Sequence record: OX638287 | Strand: one strand, 5' to 3' | Source: Escherichia phage UP30 | Length of the DNA stretch: 49,834 bases | In this document: positions 36,662-46,256 of the stretch, one piece after another | Layout: every line of letters begins with the position of its first letter | Position numbering within the stretch: the first letter of the stretch is position 1 | Notes under the pieces: generated by a model | Told to the model about the DNA's origin: nothing | Seen by the model: the letters and a program-made list of their open reading frames with translations, nothing else | The model's database searches: none | Made by a program: the position numbers and the translations under genes

Positions 36662-38680
36662 GTGACAATGAACATCAAAAAGCAGATTGCATTACTTGGC
36701 GAGGACTACATAAAACGCACTCAGGAGCGATTCACTGTTGGTGAGGTCGTTCCGTATCCGTATCAGGTTGTTGCTTATGCTGAGATAGCGAAGCGCCTGT
36801 CAAATTATGATCATCCATTCTTCGTTAAAGCGTCAGTATCTGCGGGTAAGACAATCATTTTTGCTATGGTTGCAAAACAGTGTCAGAAAATGGGGTTAAA
36901 AATGCTTGTGCTGGCACGCCAGGGTGAGATTGTCGATCAGGATAGCGAAGAGATCGACAACTTCGGTGTGACTAACTCTATCTTCTCAGCGTCACTTGGA
37001 ATAAAATCTTGCTACTTCCCGATCGTGGTTGGCTCTGAGGGTACTGTTGCAAACGGCCTCAATAATGAGTTGGCTGATTTTGTCCCGCATGTAATAGGGA
37101 TCGACGAATGTCACCAGGTGGATTGGGAAGACCTCGCGCAAGCAATCGAAGGAAAGGAAACGATTGAGCAGATGAGGGGGGAGAAAGGGAAAGTTATCAT
37201 GGAAGGGGAGATTCCTCTGATTGGTAATGATGGTAAGCCTCTTCTCGGAACTAAGCGAAGCCAGTACACGATCGTTATCATGGAGATGATGCGTCGCTGT
37301 AAAGAGGTTCACGGGCATGACCTAAGAATATTTGGTATGACGGGATCTGAATTTCGCGGCGTTGTTCCTATTCTTGTTGAGAACCCAAAGGCGTTAGGAT
37401 TCTGGCGTGAGCGCGTTACTGATATTGACACAAACTACCTCATTGAGTTTGGTTCTGTCGTTCCGACGATATTCGGTTCAACTGACGGGGTTCATTACGA
37501 TCTGGATAAGTTCAAGGCGTCGAGCGAGGACGGCGTGCAGGACTTTACAGAGAAAGATATGAAGGCGATGGAAGATGAAATCCTTCATGACAAATCTCTG
37601 ACTCAGCGAATCATGCAAATGGTCGCCAAAAAGGCTGAAGAACGCAACGCTGTTTTGATTACATGTGCCGGGGTTCGTCACTGTAAAGAGGCGGCGGCGG
37701 CACTTCCTCCGGGAAGCACCTATGCAATCATCACTGGAGATACAGACACCAAAACTCGCAAGAAGATTCTGGACGATGTGAGGGCCGGGAAGATTAAATA
37801 CACCTTTCAGGTAATGGCTCTCACGACTGGCGTTAACGTTCCAAATTGGGATTTCAGCGTCATACTTCGTAAGATAGGATCACTCACGCTGTTGATTCAA
37901 CTTTTGGGTAGGGGTATGCGACTGCTTAAATCATGGCAGGTAGCTGAAGGAATGGTCAAGCAAGATCATCTTGTATGGGATTTCGCTGGCACCATGGATG
38001 AGTTAGGCCAACTTTATTTCGATCCGATACTTGAGCAGGCTCAATTCCAGAAGCGTTTTGAAAACGGCAAAGACCCGAAAACGTGTCCGAAGTGTGGTTG
38101 CGTAAATAGCTTCTACGCTCGCCGATGCGTTAACGTTATCGACGGTGAGCGTTGTGATCATTTCTGGACTTCTCAGATTTGCGAGGACCAGGTGGATGAG
38201 CGTACCGGGAAAATCATTGTTAAAGGATGTGGTGCAGAGAATGACGTTGTTGCTCGCGTCTGCCGTTGCTGCGATGTTTCGCTTGTCGATCCTAACCTGA
38301 AGTTGTCAGGTAAAGCGTACACCAAGAATGACTGGTACGAGGTCAAGAATTTTGAGGTAACTCTAACCAAAAACCAAAAGGGCGTTATATACAAATACAC
38401 ACTGATTAACGATGATGGCGATGAGTTCAAGGCGTATGAAAAATTCTTCCCTGAGTCCGACTCTAAGATTTGCGGTACGCTATGGAAAACGAAGGGTGTA
38501 TTGCCTCATGTGTCAGATCCTAAAATGCGTCGCTACTTTATCGGAATGAAGAACGCCATCAAGATCGTGCAGTACTCGCATCATATCGCTCATCCGGTAC
38601 GTGTCACACACCGACGCAACCAGAAGAAGGAAGATATTATTTCACGTAAAGATTTCGGTATGGAGGATATCCCACAATGA
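36662..38680 (+). CDS. SF2 helicase with C-terminal zinc ribbon
   Basis: Walker A SAGKT, DECH box, CPKCGC...C-rich C-terminus; start may be ATG 36668. Confidence 0.75.
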   Translation: MTMNIKKQIALLGEDYIKRTQERFTVGEVVPYPYQVVAYAEIAKRLSNYDHPFFVKASVSAGKTIIFAMVAKQCQKMGLKMLVLARQGEIVDQDSEEIDNFGVTNSIFSASLGIKSCYFPIVVGSEGTVANGLNNELADFVPHVIGIDECHQVDWEDLAQAIEGKETIEQMRGEKGKVIMEGEIPLIGNDGKPLLGTKRSQYTIVIMEMMRRCKEVHGHDLRIFGMTGSEFRGVVPILVENPKALGFWRERVTDIDTNYLIEFGSVVPTIFGSTDGVHYDLDKFKASSEDGVQDFTEKDMKAMEDEILHDKSLTQRIMQMVAKKAEERNAVLITCAGVRHCKEAAAALPPGSTYAIITGDTDTKTRKKILDDVRAGKIKYTFQVMALTTGVNVPNWDFSVILRKIGSLTLLIQLLGRGMRLLKSWQVAEGMVKQDHLVWDFAGTMDELGQLYFDPILEQAQFQKRFENGKDPKTCPKCGCVNSFYARRCVNVIDGERCDHFWTSQICEDQVDERTGKIIVKGCGAENDVVARVCRCCDVSLVDPNLKLSGKAYTKNDWYEVKNFEVTLTKNQKGVIYKYTLINDDGDEFKAYEKFFPESDSKICGTLWKTKGVLPHVSDPKMRRYFIGMKNAIKIVQYSHHIAHPVRVTHRRNQKKEDIISRKDFGMEDIPQ

Positions 38681-39093
38681 TTACAGACAAAGGTGATTAT
38701 TTAGAGTTTTACGAACGAGATCCCAGCGACACACGAAAGGAGGACGCGCACCAGGTAGATTGCGTGTCCTGGCTGAAATACAATTTCCCACATCTTCTAT
38801 TTTGGCACACTGTAAATGAAGGTGAAAAAACAATCACCTCGGCGCTCAGGGATGAGCAGGCTGGGTTACTTAAAGGAGTGTCAGACTTCGTTATCCTGAT
38901 TGGTGTAAACTCACGCTACCCGTTCGCAGCTATCGAACTCAAGCGGGTTAATAAGTCCGGCAAGGGAAAGGCGTCACCAGTCAGCGATAAGCAAAAGGAA
39001 TTTCTCCGCAATGTTCGTCAACGAGGTGGATTTGCTGCGGTTGCATATGGATTGGAGCAATTCAAGATCGCAATTTACGAAATGATGAAATAG
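38677..39093 (+). CDS. VRR-NUC-type nuclease
   Basis: PD-(D/E)xK-like core (VSDFVIL...AAIELK); ATGA overlap with helicase. Confidence 0.6.
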   Translation: MITDKGDYLEFYERDPSDTRKEDAHQVDCVSWLKYNFPHLLFWHTVNEGEKTITSALRDEQAGLLKGVSDFVILIGVNSRYPFAAIELKRVNKSGKGKASPVSDKQKEFLRNVRQRGGFAAVAYGLEQFKIAIYEMMK

Positions 39094-39135
39094 CACTTTT
39101 TGTTAAAACTGCCGGAATGGAATCTGGCATTATTA
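39091..39135 (+). promoter_or_regulatory. promoter module upstream of dam
   Basis: tagcactttttgttaaaac; TGgCATTAT. Confidence 0.5.
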
Positions 39136-39160
39136 CCTCACCGAAACGAGAGGACTAAAA

Positions 39161-39874
39161 ATGAAAGACTTTAATGACATTGAAACTATCGACTTTGCAG
39201 AAACTGGTTGCTCATTCACTCGCGAAGCAATAGCATCAGGCGGTTATTATCAGGCATTGAAAACGCCAACCTGTAAAGAAATCTCCGGTCGTCGATATAA
39301 GGGAACAAATACGCCTGACGCAGTTCGTGATTTATGGTCTACCCCACGAGAGGTTATTGCATACCTTGAGGGTCGTTACGGAAAATACGATCTCGATGCT
39401 GCGGCAAGCGAAGAAAATAAAGTTTGCGAGAAGTTTTATTCTCAGGAAACAAACTGCTTAAAACGTTGGTGGGGTAAGAGCAAGCACGTTTGGTTAAATC
39501 CTCCTTACAGCCGCCCTGATATATTCGTCAAAAAGGCGATTGAGCAAATGGAGCACAACAATCAGATCGATATGTTGTTACCTGCCGATAATTCGACGGC
39601 GTGGTTTACTGAGGCTCGACAGCACGCGGCTGAAATTATCTGGATTGAAGCGGATTTGACTGAAGATATCGACGGTAACGAGTATGCTCGATCCGGTCGC
39701 CTGGCCTTCATATCCGGTGAAACTGGAAAGGCGGTTGACGGTAATAACAAAGGTTCGGTAATTTTCATTATGCGCGAACTGAAAGAAGGTGAGGTTCAAC
39801 AGACCCACTACATTCCAATCACAAGCATTTGCCCTTCGGTGAAGAACAAACGAGCAAAAGTGAGGAAAGTATGA
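39161..39874 (+). CDS. dam: DNA N6-adenine methyltransferase (phage Dam-like)
   Basis: YDLDAAAS and NPPYS motifs. Confidence 0.7.
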   Translation: MKDFNDIETIDFAETGCSFTREAIASGGYYQALKTPTCKEISGRRYKGTNTPDAVRDLWSTPREVIAYLEGRYGKYDLDAAASEENKVCEKFYSQETNCLKRWWGKSKHVWLNPPYSRPDIFVKKAIEQMEHNNQIDMLLPADNSTAWFTEARQHAAEIIWIEADLTEDIDGNEYARSGRLAFISGETGKAVDGNNKGSVIFIMRELKEGEVQQTHYIPITSICPSVKNKRAKVRKV

Positions 39875-40122
39875 TGAACGAAAAAATGATTCCGGTTAAG
39901 TTAACTGAGCAAGGCTTATGGCTTCTTTATCGCGCTACGTGCTGCGAAATCATGGAACAAAACGGATTGACGAAAGATGTTATTGGTTGCGACTTATGGG
40001 AGTTTACCAGTTCTCTTGATATGTCATTCGACGAGATAAAGAATGAACACATTGATTATTGGCCTTCGCTCATACAAAGAGACGTAGAAGAATTTAAATC
40101 TGATACGATCGCACAGCACTAA
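39871..40122 (+). CDS. hypothetical protein (83 aa)
   Basis: In-frame ATG of ORF 39829-40122, ATGA overlap with dam stop. Confidence 0.45.
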   Translation: MMNEKMIPVKLTEQGLWLLYRATCCEIMEQNGLTKDVIGCDLWEFTSSLDMSFDEIKNEHIDYWPSLIQRDVEEFKSDTIAQH

Positions 40123-40157
40123 TTGCTAAAACTACCCGGCGAAAGTCGGGTATAGTT
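40115..40157 (+). promoter_or_regulatory. promoter module
   Basis: agcactaattgctaaaac; cccggcgaaagtcggg then TATAGT. Confidence 0.5.
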
Positions 40158-40188
40158 ATTTCATCGAAACGAAATGAGGAATCAGAAG

Positions 40189-40398
40189 ATGGCACGCATT
40201 AACGCAAACTTTTTCAATATCGCCCAGCAGTCTGCAAAAATGGCCGTTCATATTACGAGTAAGCAAGGTGGCAACTTCGATTGGGATATTGCTATGAACT
40301 TCCTTAAAATGTCTTATTACCGTTGCTCGGTTGAAGAAGTCGAATGCTTCATCTCTGACGTGGAGAAATTAACTAATGCTGATAAAAAAGCAAGGTAA
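40189..40398 (+). CDS. hypothetical protein (69 aa)
   Basis: ATG 40189 after promoter module and GAGGAATCAGAAG leader. Confidence 0.5.
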   Translation: MARINANFFNIAQQSAKMAVHITSKQGGNFDWDIAMNFLKMSYYRCSVEEVECFISDVEKLTNADKKAR

Positions 40399-40648
40399 GC
40401 GCGAAGTGTGGGAGCATGCAAAGGAATGCGGGATCTCAGGCGATATAGCACTAATCGCTAAATACTTCGATATAAAGGATGTTAGCATTATTTCAAACGG
40501 CAAGATTTCATTTATGGAAGATATGCCGAGAAAAATGCATAGAGTACCAGCTACTCCATCGCTTGAGTTTTACCGTGAAGAAGGAAAGAGAATTGAACGA
40601 GAACGAAAAGCAGCAAAAAACATCAAGTCTTCCCGGCTTAAATATTAA
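40376..40648 (+). CDS. hypothetical protein (90 aa), overlaps next ORF in another frame
   Basis: Track ORF; possible frameshift partner of 40479-40880. Confidence 0.3.
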   Translation: MLIKKQGKREVWEHAKECGISGDIALIAKYFDIKDVSIISNGKISFMEDMPRKMHRVPATPSLEFYREEGKRIERERKAAKNIKSSRLKY

Positions 40649-40880
40649 TGCTGACGACTACCAGACAATATGGATCGGGAAAAAGCAGGTCAAGCAAATC
40701 CCCTTCTCTGATTGGTTGCCTCCTGACTTCGTTAACGTGCTTTGCACTATCGGGAACGATCAGGAATTGCACATTGGATATTATTCGCCAGGAAGAAACA
40801 GAATGATGCTTGAGGTTGACGGAAAGCTGGTTGAGTTCAAATCATCAGATCTAGGTTTCTGGTTAAAGGCTGTAGCGTGA
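40479..40880 (+). CDS. hypothetical protein (133 aa), N-terminal part uncertain
   Basis: Track ORF; C-terminal half looks protein-like, N-terminal overlaps 40376-40648. Confidence 0.35.
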   Translation: MLALFQTARFHLWKICREKCIEYQLLHRLSFTVKKERELNENEKQQKTSSLPGLNINADDYQTIWIGKKQVKQIPFSDWLPPDFVNVLCTIGNDQELHIGYYSPGRNRMMLEVDGKLVEFKSSDLGFWLKAVA

Positions 40881-40958
40881 AACTTTATTTTGCTGTAGTA
40901 TTAACACCGCTAATTTCATTTTCAGTAATGTATTTCATTATCATGTAAGGGTTAAAAT

Positions 40959-42110
40959 ATGTCACAAGCTAAAATCACTACCGAGCAACTAATCGAAGAG
41001 CGCATGAACGGCCTAACGCTTCGCGAGATCGCGGAAAAGTACGGTATGCATATCCGCACGGTTGAAGCGCGTCACGCCAAACTTGCAAAAGAAGGCCACT
41101 TTCACGGTAACGAGCATGTTGCTAAAAACGTTCCAGAAGGCTTCATGGTTAAAGGTACATCAACGATGATTCGAGGTGATGGGACCGAAGTGGTCCGCTG
41201 GGTTAAGACAGATCAGGATCGTGAGAAGATTGCCGCAATGATGGAAGCGGCTCGTATTGCATTCTGCGAAGACCTGCCGCGAGCAAAGCCAACCGAGCTA
41301 CTCACCTCGCAAGGACTTACAACCGCGATCGGTAAGCTGGCGCTCTATCCGGTATTCGACCTTCACATCGGCGCGCTTGCTCACAAGCATGAGTGCGGAG
41401 AGAACTACTCTACCGACGTAGCTGAAAAAGTGCTGGGCGACTTCTTCAATTATGCGATCGATATCGCGCCAAATGCAGAGAAAGCCGTTCTGTTAATCGG
41501 CGGTGACTTCCTTCACTCTGACGGCCTTGACGCTGTAACCCCGGCAAGCGGTCACGTTCTGGATCAGGATTCACGATACGCTAAGTTGGTGCATGTAGCG
41601 ATTCGATCGGTGCGACGAGCTATCGACAAAATGCTGACGAAACACAAAGAAGTCGAAGTCCAGGTCATTGAAGGAAACCACGACCAATCAGGAATGATTT
41701 GGCTGCGCGCTGCAATGGCTGCATACTATGAAGACGAGCCGCGAGTATTCGTTGACGTGAGTCCTATGATTCTGCATAAGACTCGCTGGGGCAATACCTT
41801 GCTGGGATACACTCACGGTCACACGATGAAAAAGGCCGACATTCGACTTGCAGCAATGGCGGCAGACTTCCGCGCAGACTTCGGTGAAAGCAAATACGTG
41901 TACACGCACAGCGGACACTGGCATCATCAGACAATCACTGAACACTCGTTAGGAATTGATGAGGTTCACGGGCAGTTAGGAGCGAAGGATGCATACGCCG
42001 CGCGAGGCGGGTGGCGCTCATATCGCCAAGCGGCGGTAATCGTTTACGACAAGCAATTTGGTGAGATAGGTCGATTCATCTATCGTCCAGAAATGACAGG
42101 ATCGCACTAA
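40959..42110 (+). CDS. calcineurin-like metallophosphoesterase with N-terminal HTH
   Basis: DLH, GDFLHSDG, EGNHD, GHT, GHWHH motifs; LTLREIAEKYGMHIRTVEARH helix-turn-helix. Confidence 0.65.
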   Translation: MSQAKITTEQLIEERMNGLTLREIAEKYGMHIRTVEARHAKLAKEGHFHGNEHVAKNVPEGFMVKGTSTMIRGDGTEVVRWVKTDQDREKIAAMMEAARIAFCEDLPRAKPTELLTSQGLTTAIGKLALYPVFDLHIGALAHKHECGENYSTDVAEKVLGDFFNYAIDIAPNAEKAVLLIGGDFLHSDGLDAVTPASGHVLDQDSRYAKLVHVAIRSVRRAIDKMLTKHKEVEVQVIEGNHDQSGMIWLRAAMAAYYEDEPRVFVDVSPMILHKTRWGNTLLGYTHGHTMKKADIRLAAMAADFRADFGESKYVYTHSGHWHHQTITEHSLGIDEVHGQLGAKDAYAARGGWRSYRQAAVIVYDKQFGEIGRFIYRPEMTGSH

Positions 42111-42150
42111 TTGCTAAAAACGCCCGAAGGGATTCGGGCATAGTAACCAC
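42104..42150 (+). promoter_or_regulatory. promoter module
   Basis: gcactaattgctaaaaac; gcccgaagggattcgggc then CATAGT. Confidence 0.5.
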
Positions 42151-42173
42151 ATCGAAAACAAATAGGTAATATC

Positions 42174-42350
42174 ATGAAACGTGTTAAATGCATCCGAAAT
42201 GATTCCAAAACTCTTCCATTCCGCGTAAATCAGATCTATAGTGTGGGTTATGATTTCGGTGGTGGATTATTTGAGATTTACGACGGTCGAGGCTCTTCAA
42301 TCCAAGCACCTCTGAACGGTCACTACCTGGAATTTATTGCAATAGATTAA
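42174..42350 (+). CDS. putative small protein (58 aa)
   Basis: ATG after promoter module; below ORF-track cutoff. Confidence 0.35.
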   Translation: MKRVKCIRNDSKTLPFRVNQIYSVGYDFGGGLFEIYDGRGSSIQAPLNGHYLEFIAID

Positions 42351-42468
42351 CAATATCATTCATCAACTTACTGGCTGGCATGGTTTACATGCTGGCCTTT
42401 TGTCGTTGTATCAAATAAATTTGAAGGTTAAAATCGACTCACTTGTTCAAAAAATATATGGTGAGATT

Positions 42469-42684
42469 ATGAAAGAATTTTTAACCGCAGCGACGTCAAG
42501 CACGGGCGGCGCTTCTCTTGTCGGGGCAGCTACCGGGCAACTTTACATTGCTGGCGCTACATTCATTTGCTTTCTGCTTTTTGGTGTGTGGGGAGCGTAC
42601 TGGAAGTATCGTGATAGCAAGGCGATTCAGGAAGCGTTAAACGATGGCGATCTAAATAAGGCACTTAAGATCAGGGGGAGATAA
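42469..42684 (+). CDS. holin (putative; possibly pinholin)
   Basis: 71 aa, hydrophobic core, charged C-terminus, immediately upstream of endolysin; GGTGAG RBS. Confidence 0.5.
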   Translation: MKEFLTAATSSTGGASLVGAATGQLYIAGATFICFLLFGVWGAYWKYRDSKAIQEALNDGDLNKALKIRGR

Positions 42685-43172
42685 TGAGCTTAAAAAATAA
42701 CGTTATAGGCGCATCGATCGGGGCTGCTTTGACGTTGACGCCTACCCTGCTGGAACGAATCGAAGGGATAGAATACGAGGTGTATTACGATATCGCCGGA
42801 GTCCCTACCGTATGCAGCGGAATAACCGGGCCGGACGTCATACCTGGTAAGAAATACACTAAGCGAGAATGCGATGCATTACTGATAAAACATATCGGCG
42901 TCGCTCAGCGATACGTTGACAAAAAGGTGAATGTTGATATTCCGGTAACGATGCGCGCGTCACTGTACAGCTTCACTTTCAACGTTGGTACTGGCGCGTT
43001 CGGATCTTCTACAATGCTTAAGCTAATAAATCAGAGTAAGCACAAGGAAGCGTGCAATCAGTTATGGCGATGGGTATACTACCACAACCCAAAAACAAAA
43101 AAGCGAGAAGTGTCTAGAGGACTTAAGAACCGACGCGCTGAAGAATACGCGTATTGCGTTAAGGAATTATGA
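42684..43172 (+). CDS. SAR endolysin (T4-lysozyme-like)
   Basis: N-terminal weakly hydrophobic SAR-like segment; catalytic E-x8-D-x5-T pattern ([16 protein letters not shown]). Confidence 0.75.
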   Translation: MSLKNNVIGASIGAALTLTPTLLERIEGIEYEVYYDIAGVPTVCSGITGPDVIPGKKYTKRECDALLIKHIGVAQRYVDKKVNVDIPVTMRASLYSFTFNVGTGAFGSSTMLKLINQSKHKEACNQLWRWVYYHNPKTKKREVSRGLKNRRAEEYAYCVKEL

Positions 43173-43573
43173 TGAAACTGAAGAAAACGTGCATTGCGAT
43201 TGCATTGGCTTTTGGTGTTATTTCCCTATCCGGTTGCTCGACGGCATCTGCCCTGAGCGGTTTAATCGGATCTAAACCGGAAGTTACAGCACAAATCGGA
43301 GAGGAGAACACAAAGCAATTAGCAGGAGTAACCGCAAAATCCGAAGATAAGCGAGATGTTAAAGTTGATAAGTCCAATGTAGGAAAGATTGACTCTTCCT
43401 TGAAGAAGTCAATTGAAGTGTCAACCATTAAGGCTAACACGGTTAACGCTGAAAGCATCACAGTAACAAAACCGGAAAACTGGTACGATGCTATCGTTGG
43501 CTGGATTCTCGTTTTTATCGGTCTATTGCTGGTTTATTTTTCACTTCGTAAGGACGAAAAAAAGGAGGCTTAG
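43169..43573 (+). CDS. unimolecular spanin (N-terminal lipoprotein signal, C-terminal TMD)
   Basis: Lipobox LSGC plus C-terminal transmembrane segment; architecture of the T1 gp11-type u-spanin. Confidence 0.6.
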   Translation: MMKLKKTCIAIALAFGVISLSGCSTASALSGLIGSKPEVTAQIGEENTKQLAGVTAKSEDKRDVKVDKSNVGKIDSSLKKSIEVSTIKANTVNAESITVTKPENWYDAIVGWILVFIGLLLVYFSLRKDEKKEA

Positions 43574-43590
43574 CCTCCTTTGTTATTTGT
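43556..43590. terminator. bidirectional terminator between lysis cassette and leftward early block
   Basis: aggagg-cttag-cctcct flanked by A7 and T-rich tract; spanin stop codon in loop. Confidence 0.6.
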
Positions 43591-43694
43591 ACCTTTTGAC
43601 GTGGAGTAGCAACTCACCTTCCTGATCGCAAAGATTGTGCTCACTGTCGTTGTTGGCCCTCATTGAAGTGAGCAACAGACTCAACAACCCTTGC

Positions 43695-44102
43695 TCAAAT
43701 TCTTCTTTCGTAAGCTGGAGCCTTGCGCACAATTCGACGTTCCGATCTATCAACGTTTCTACGTTCGCTAAACAAGTCTTCATCACTCATTTCTCCAATG
43801 TGCATCATTTCCCATGTATATCGATTGTTGTAGCCATCAATACACATCAGCTTCATCATTACCGGGCGCTTAATCTTTCCCTTGCACCAGTAAAATCCAT
43901 CTTTGCAATCAAGATAACCCTCAGTTACACAGCGTGAGCAAAACTCCTTAGATAGCGCGCTTGTAAATTCACGGCGAGTCATCCCGGCGGCCTTAGCGAA
44001 TCGCTCACTTTCCTTGTGGGCGTATATAAATTTCGCTATGTGCTGTCGGGTGTATTTGTCGTATCCTTCGCAGAACCGGAACAGATCTAAAAGAAGAAGC
44101 AT
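43695..44102 (-). CDS. hypothetical Cys-rich protein (135 aa)
   Basis: Track ORF, start 5 nt after upstream stop; C-terminal extent uncertain because of overlap with 43583-43786. Confidence 0.4.
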   Translation of the reverse strand: MLLLLDLFRFCEGYDKYTRQHIAKFIYAHKESERFAKAAGMTRREFTSALSKEFCSRCVTEGYLDCKDGFYWCKGKIKRPVMMKLMCIDGYNNRYTWEMMHIGEMSDEDLFSERRNVDRSERRIVRKAPAYERRI

Positions 44103-44106
44103 ATAA

Positions 44107-45675
44107 TTAACCCATCAGTCGAGGATTGATGAAAACAATATCATCAATGCGGCAAGTGTAGTTCATCTCTTCGAGCGTGATCAGCAGACTGTCGATTCGC
44201 TCAGCTACCTTCTGCTGACCGTTGAACGGAGTAACGTTCCGACACTTCGCTACAATGCTATGAATCGGTGCGCGGCCTTTGTTCTTCTTCGCGATCTCAG
44301 TGATAACATCAATCAGTTTACGGGATTCAGCCTCATCACCAGCATATCCGGCAGCACTGGCAGAAGAAAGATAAGTCCTGGAAAGCTCATTGAAAATCAT
44401 AATCGCTTCCTGCATTGTTTCGAGATCAATCTCACGATTAGCTCGGTTCGGTGATTCACCCTCCCAATTCTTGATCGTGTGAAGAACTGAGGCGATACGC
44501 AGAGCGTGCTTATCGAACTTTCCGAGATGACCGCGCAGCATTGAGTGAGAGTATTTCCCCCCGGCGGCGAAATCCGGTTCCATAGCCTGACGCGCCAGGT
44601 TTAATTCACGCATAGCATTACGGCTTACAGAGAGAACAACGTTTTCCTCCTTCATGATGTTATGCACGAGTCGATAATATTTGCTAACCAGTCCGCGATC
44701 GACTTCCTTATACAGTGCATCACCATTTTCATCGCACAGAATACGAGTACCTAAAAGCGGTTCCTCACGAACTAACAAGAAGCGCTCAGATACACCGATA
44801 CCTCGTTGGCCTGCGTCCATGATACCCTTGATTGTTTCATCCTGAGCAATTACGCAGATCGAACCTACCGGGCACAGGGACAAGTTATTGTCCTGGTTGG
44901 ATCGAGCGACCTCCATGTGGTTTTTATCCCACGCCTTAAGGATAAGTTCACTGTTGGATTTCTTATCTGAACCTCCATACGTCAGTCCAAGCAATGTATT
45001 GATTGCCGTTGCTTCATCAGAGATTACGGAGAAGTGACCTTGAACAGCCGCCACTTTCGCCAGACCTTCGGGTGTAGGATCTGATACCGCGAAAACAATA
45101 TCAGCCATCTTCTTGATCTTCTCTTCCAGTTTCTCTTTGTCTTCGTACAGAGCCGCAGTCGTGTTACCCTTCTGGTCGTTCTTGATTTCCTTCTCAACCT
45201 GACGTAGCTGACTGGTTAAACGGATACGCTCCTTTTTGCGTTCTTCATTCAGTCGCTGAATCTCCGCGCGCATAGGAGTAATTGCCGCTGAGTTAATCGC
45301 TGATTTACCCGTTGACGGCGGCTGACTGATTACCATATAAAGCGCGGTCGGTTGTTCTTCGCCGTGATATTGCACCCAAAACTTCCCGAGCATCGCGGCT
45401 GAGATGCAACCGATGAAATGAGCGTACGCAGACGAAACCGGGAACTGAACTGACTCAGCCTTCGCCTTTGCATATTCGAATACCAGGTTATCGCCACCTA
45501 ACGAAATCAGCGGGAACTTATCGTTGCCGCTATTGATATCGATCGGGTCTTGCCAAAACGAAACTGAATCCCCATAACTGTTTTCACGAATTGCGATCGC
45601 CACCGGATTAACTCCAGTGCTATTGGCGATCTCAATAATCTGTTGGTAATTAAGTTTTGGCTTAATATTAAACAT
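44107..45675 (-). CDS. P-loop NTPase, probable replication-associated ATPase/helicase
   Basis: Walker A PPSTGKS, Walker B-like CVIAQDE; ATG 45675 after AAGGAG (track ORF starts 45738). Confidence 0.55.
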   Translation of the reverse strand: MFNIKPKLNYQQIIEIANSTGVNPVAIAIRENSYGDSVSFWQDPIDINSGNDKFPLISLGGDNLVFEYAKAKAESVQFPVSSAYAHFIGCISAAMLGKFWVQYHGEEQPTALYMVISQPPSTGKSAINSAAITPMRAEIQRLNEERKKERIRLTSQLRQVEKEIKNDQKGNTTAALYEDKEKLEEKIKKMADIVFAVSDPTPEGLAKVAAVQGHFSVISDEATAINTLLGLTYGGSDKKSNSELILKAWDKNHMEVARSNQDNNLSLCPVGSICVIAQDETIKGIMDAGQRGIGVSERFLLVREEPLLGTRILCDENGDALYKEVDRGLVSKYYRLVHNIMKEENVVLSVSRNAMRELNLARQAMEPDFAAGGKYSHSMLRGHLGKFDKHALRIASVLHTIKNWEGESPNRANREIDLETMQEAIMIFNELSRTYLSSASAAGYAGDEAESRKLIDVITEIAKKNKGRAPIHSIVAKCRNVTPFNGQQKVAERIDSLLITLEEMNYTCRIDDIVFINPRLMG

Positions 45676-45696
45676 CACAATGAACTCCTTAGTTGA

Positions 45697-45750
45697 CGGT
45701 GTAAATGATACACCGCCAATGGTACACGCGTTTTGCAAAAAGTGCTATTA
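45697..45750 (-). promoter_or_regulatory. promoter module (minus strand)
   Basis: Minus-sense tagcactttttgcaaaac; hairpin with TATCAT; AAGGAG. Confidence 0.5.
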
Positions 45751-45751
45751 G

Positions 45752-46168
45752 TTATAAGTATTTGGCCTCAAAGGTTGTGCCGTCCGCGATGCTGAATCCA
45801 ACCTCTTCGCGAAACAGCGTCCAGCGATATCCATCCTCATCAAAGATGTAGCCAGCCACTCCACCAAGCGCACGACCGCTTTCCACCTGGTAGCGCTTTC
45901 CAACCTTGAATGATTTTTTCATGGGGTTGCGATGTTCAAGCCCGGTGCACTTTAGCGTCTTGGTTTTAAGTTCAGTGAACTTCGCGAAGTAGATTTCATC
46001 AGATCCGTGAATCTGTAATTCATCGTGTTTCTCAAGTTTTAAATACTTTCCGCATTTTAATTTAATTTCGCGAGTTCCGTCGTAACGCTCACGACCTTTA
46101 TACAGATTGTTTACTTCGAAGCCTGTGATTTTTTCTGCGGAAGTGCATTTCAGTTTGATGGATTTCAT
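45752..46168 (-). CDS. hypothetical protein (138 aa)
   Basis: ATG 46168 after CCAATCAGGAG leader and promoter module. Confidence 0.5.
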   Translation of the reverse strand: MKSIKLKCTSAEKITGFEVNNLYKGRERYDGTREIKLKCGKYLKLEKHDELQIHGSDEIYFAKFTELKTKTLKCTGLEHRNPMKKSFKVGKRYQVESGRALGGVAGYIFDEDGYRWTLFREEVGFSIADGTTFEAKYL

Positions 46169-46199
46169 TGCGCTCACTCCTGATTGGTTTTCTTGAATA

Positions 46200-46256
46200 A
46201 GGCCACTTTATCAAATGACCTTACGGCAATATTAACAAATCGTGCTATTTACCAGG
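46200..46256 (-). promoter_or_regulatory. promoter module (minus strand)
   Basis: Minus-sense tagcacgatttgttaat; aaggtcatTTGATAAAGTggcctt. Confidence 0.5.

Noticed and set aside
43583-43786. 67-aa minus-strand ORF overlapping the end of 43695-44102
   Set aside because: Overlaps the protein-like C-terminal part of the longer ORF in another frame; it does have a GGAG-spaced ATG at 43783, so it is left uncalled, not excluded.
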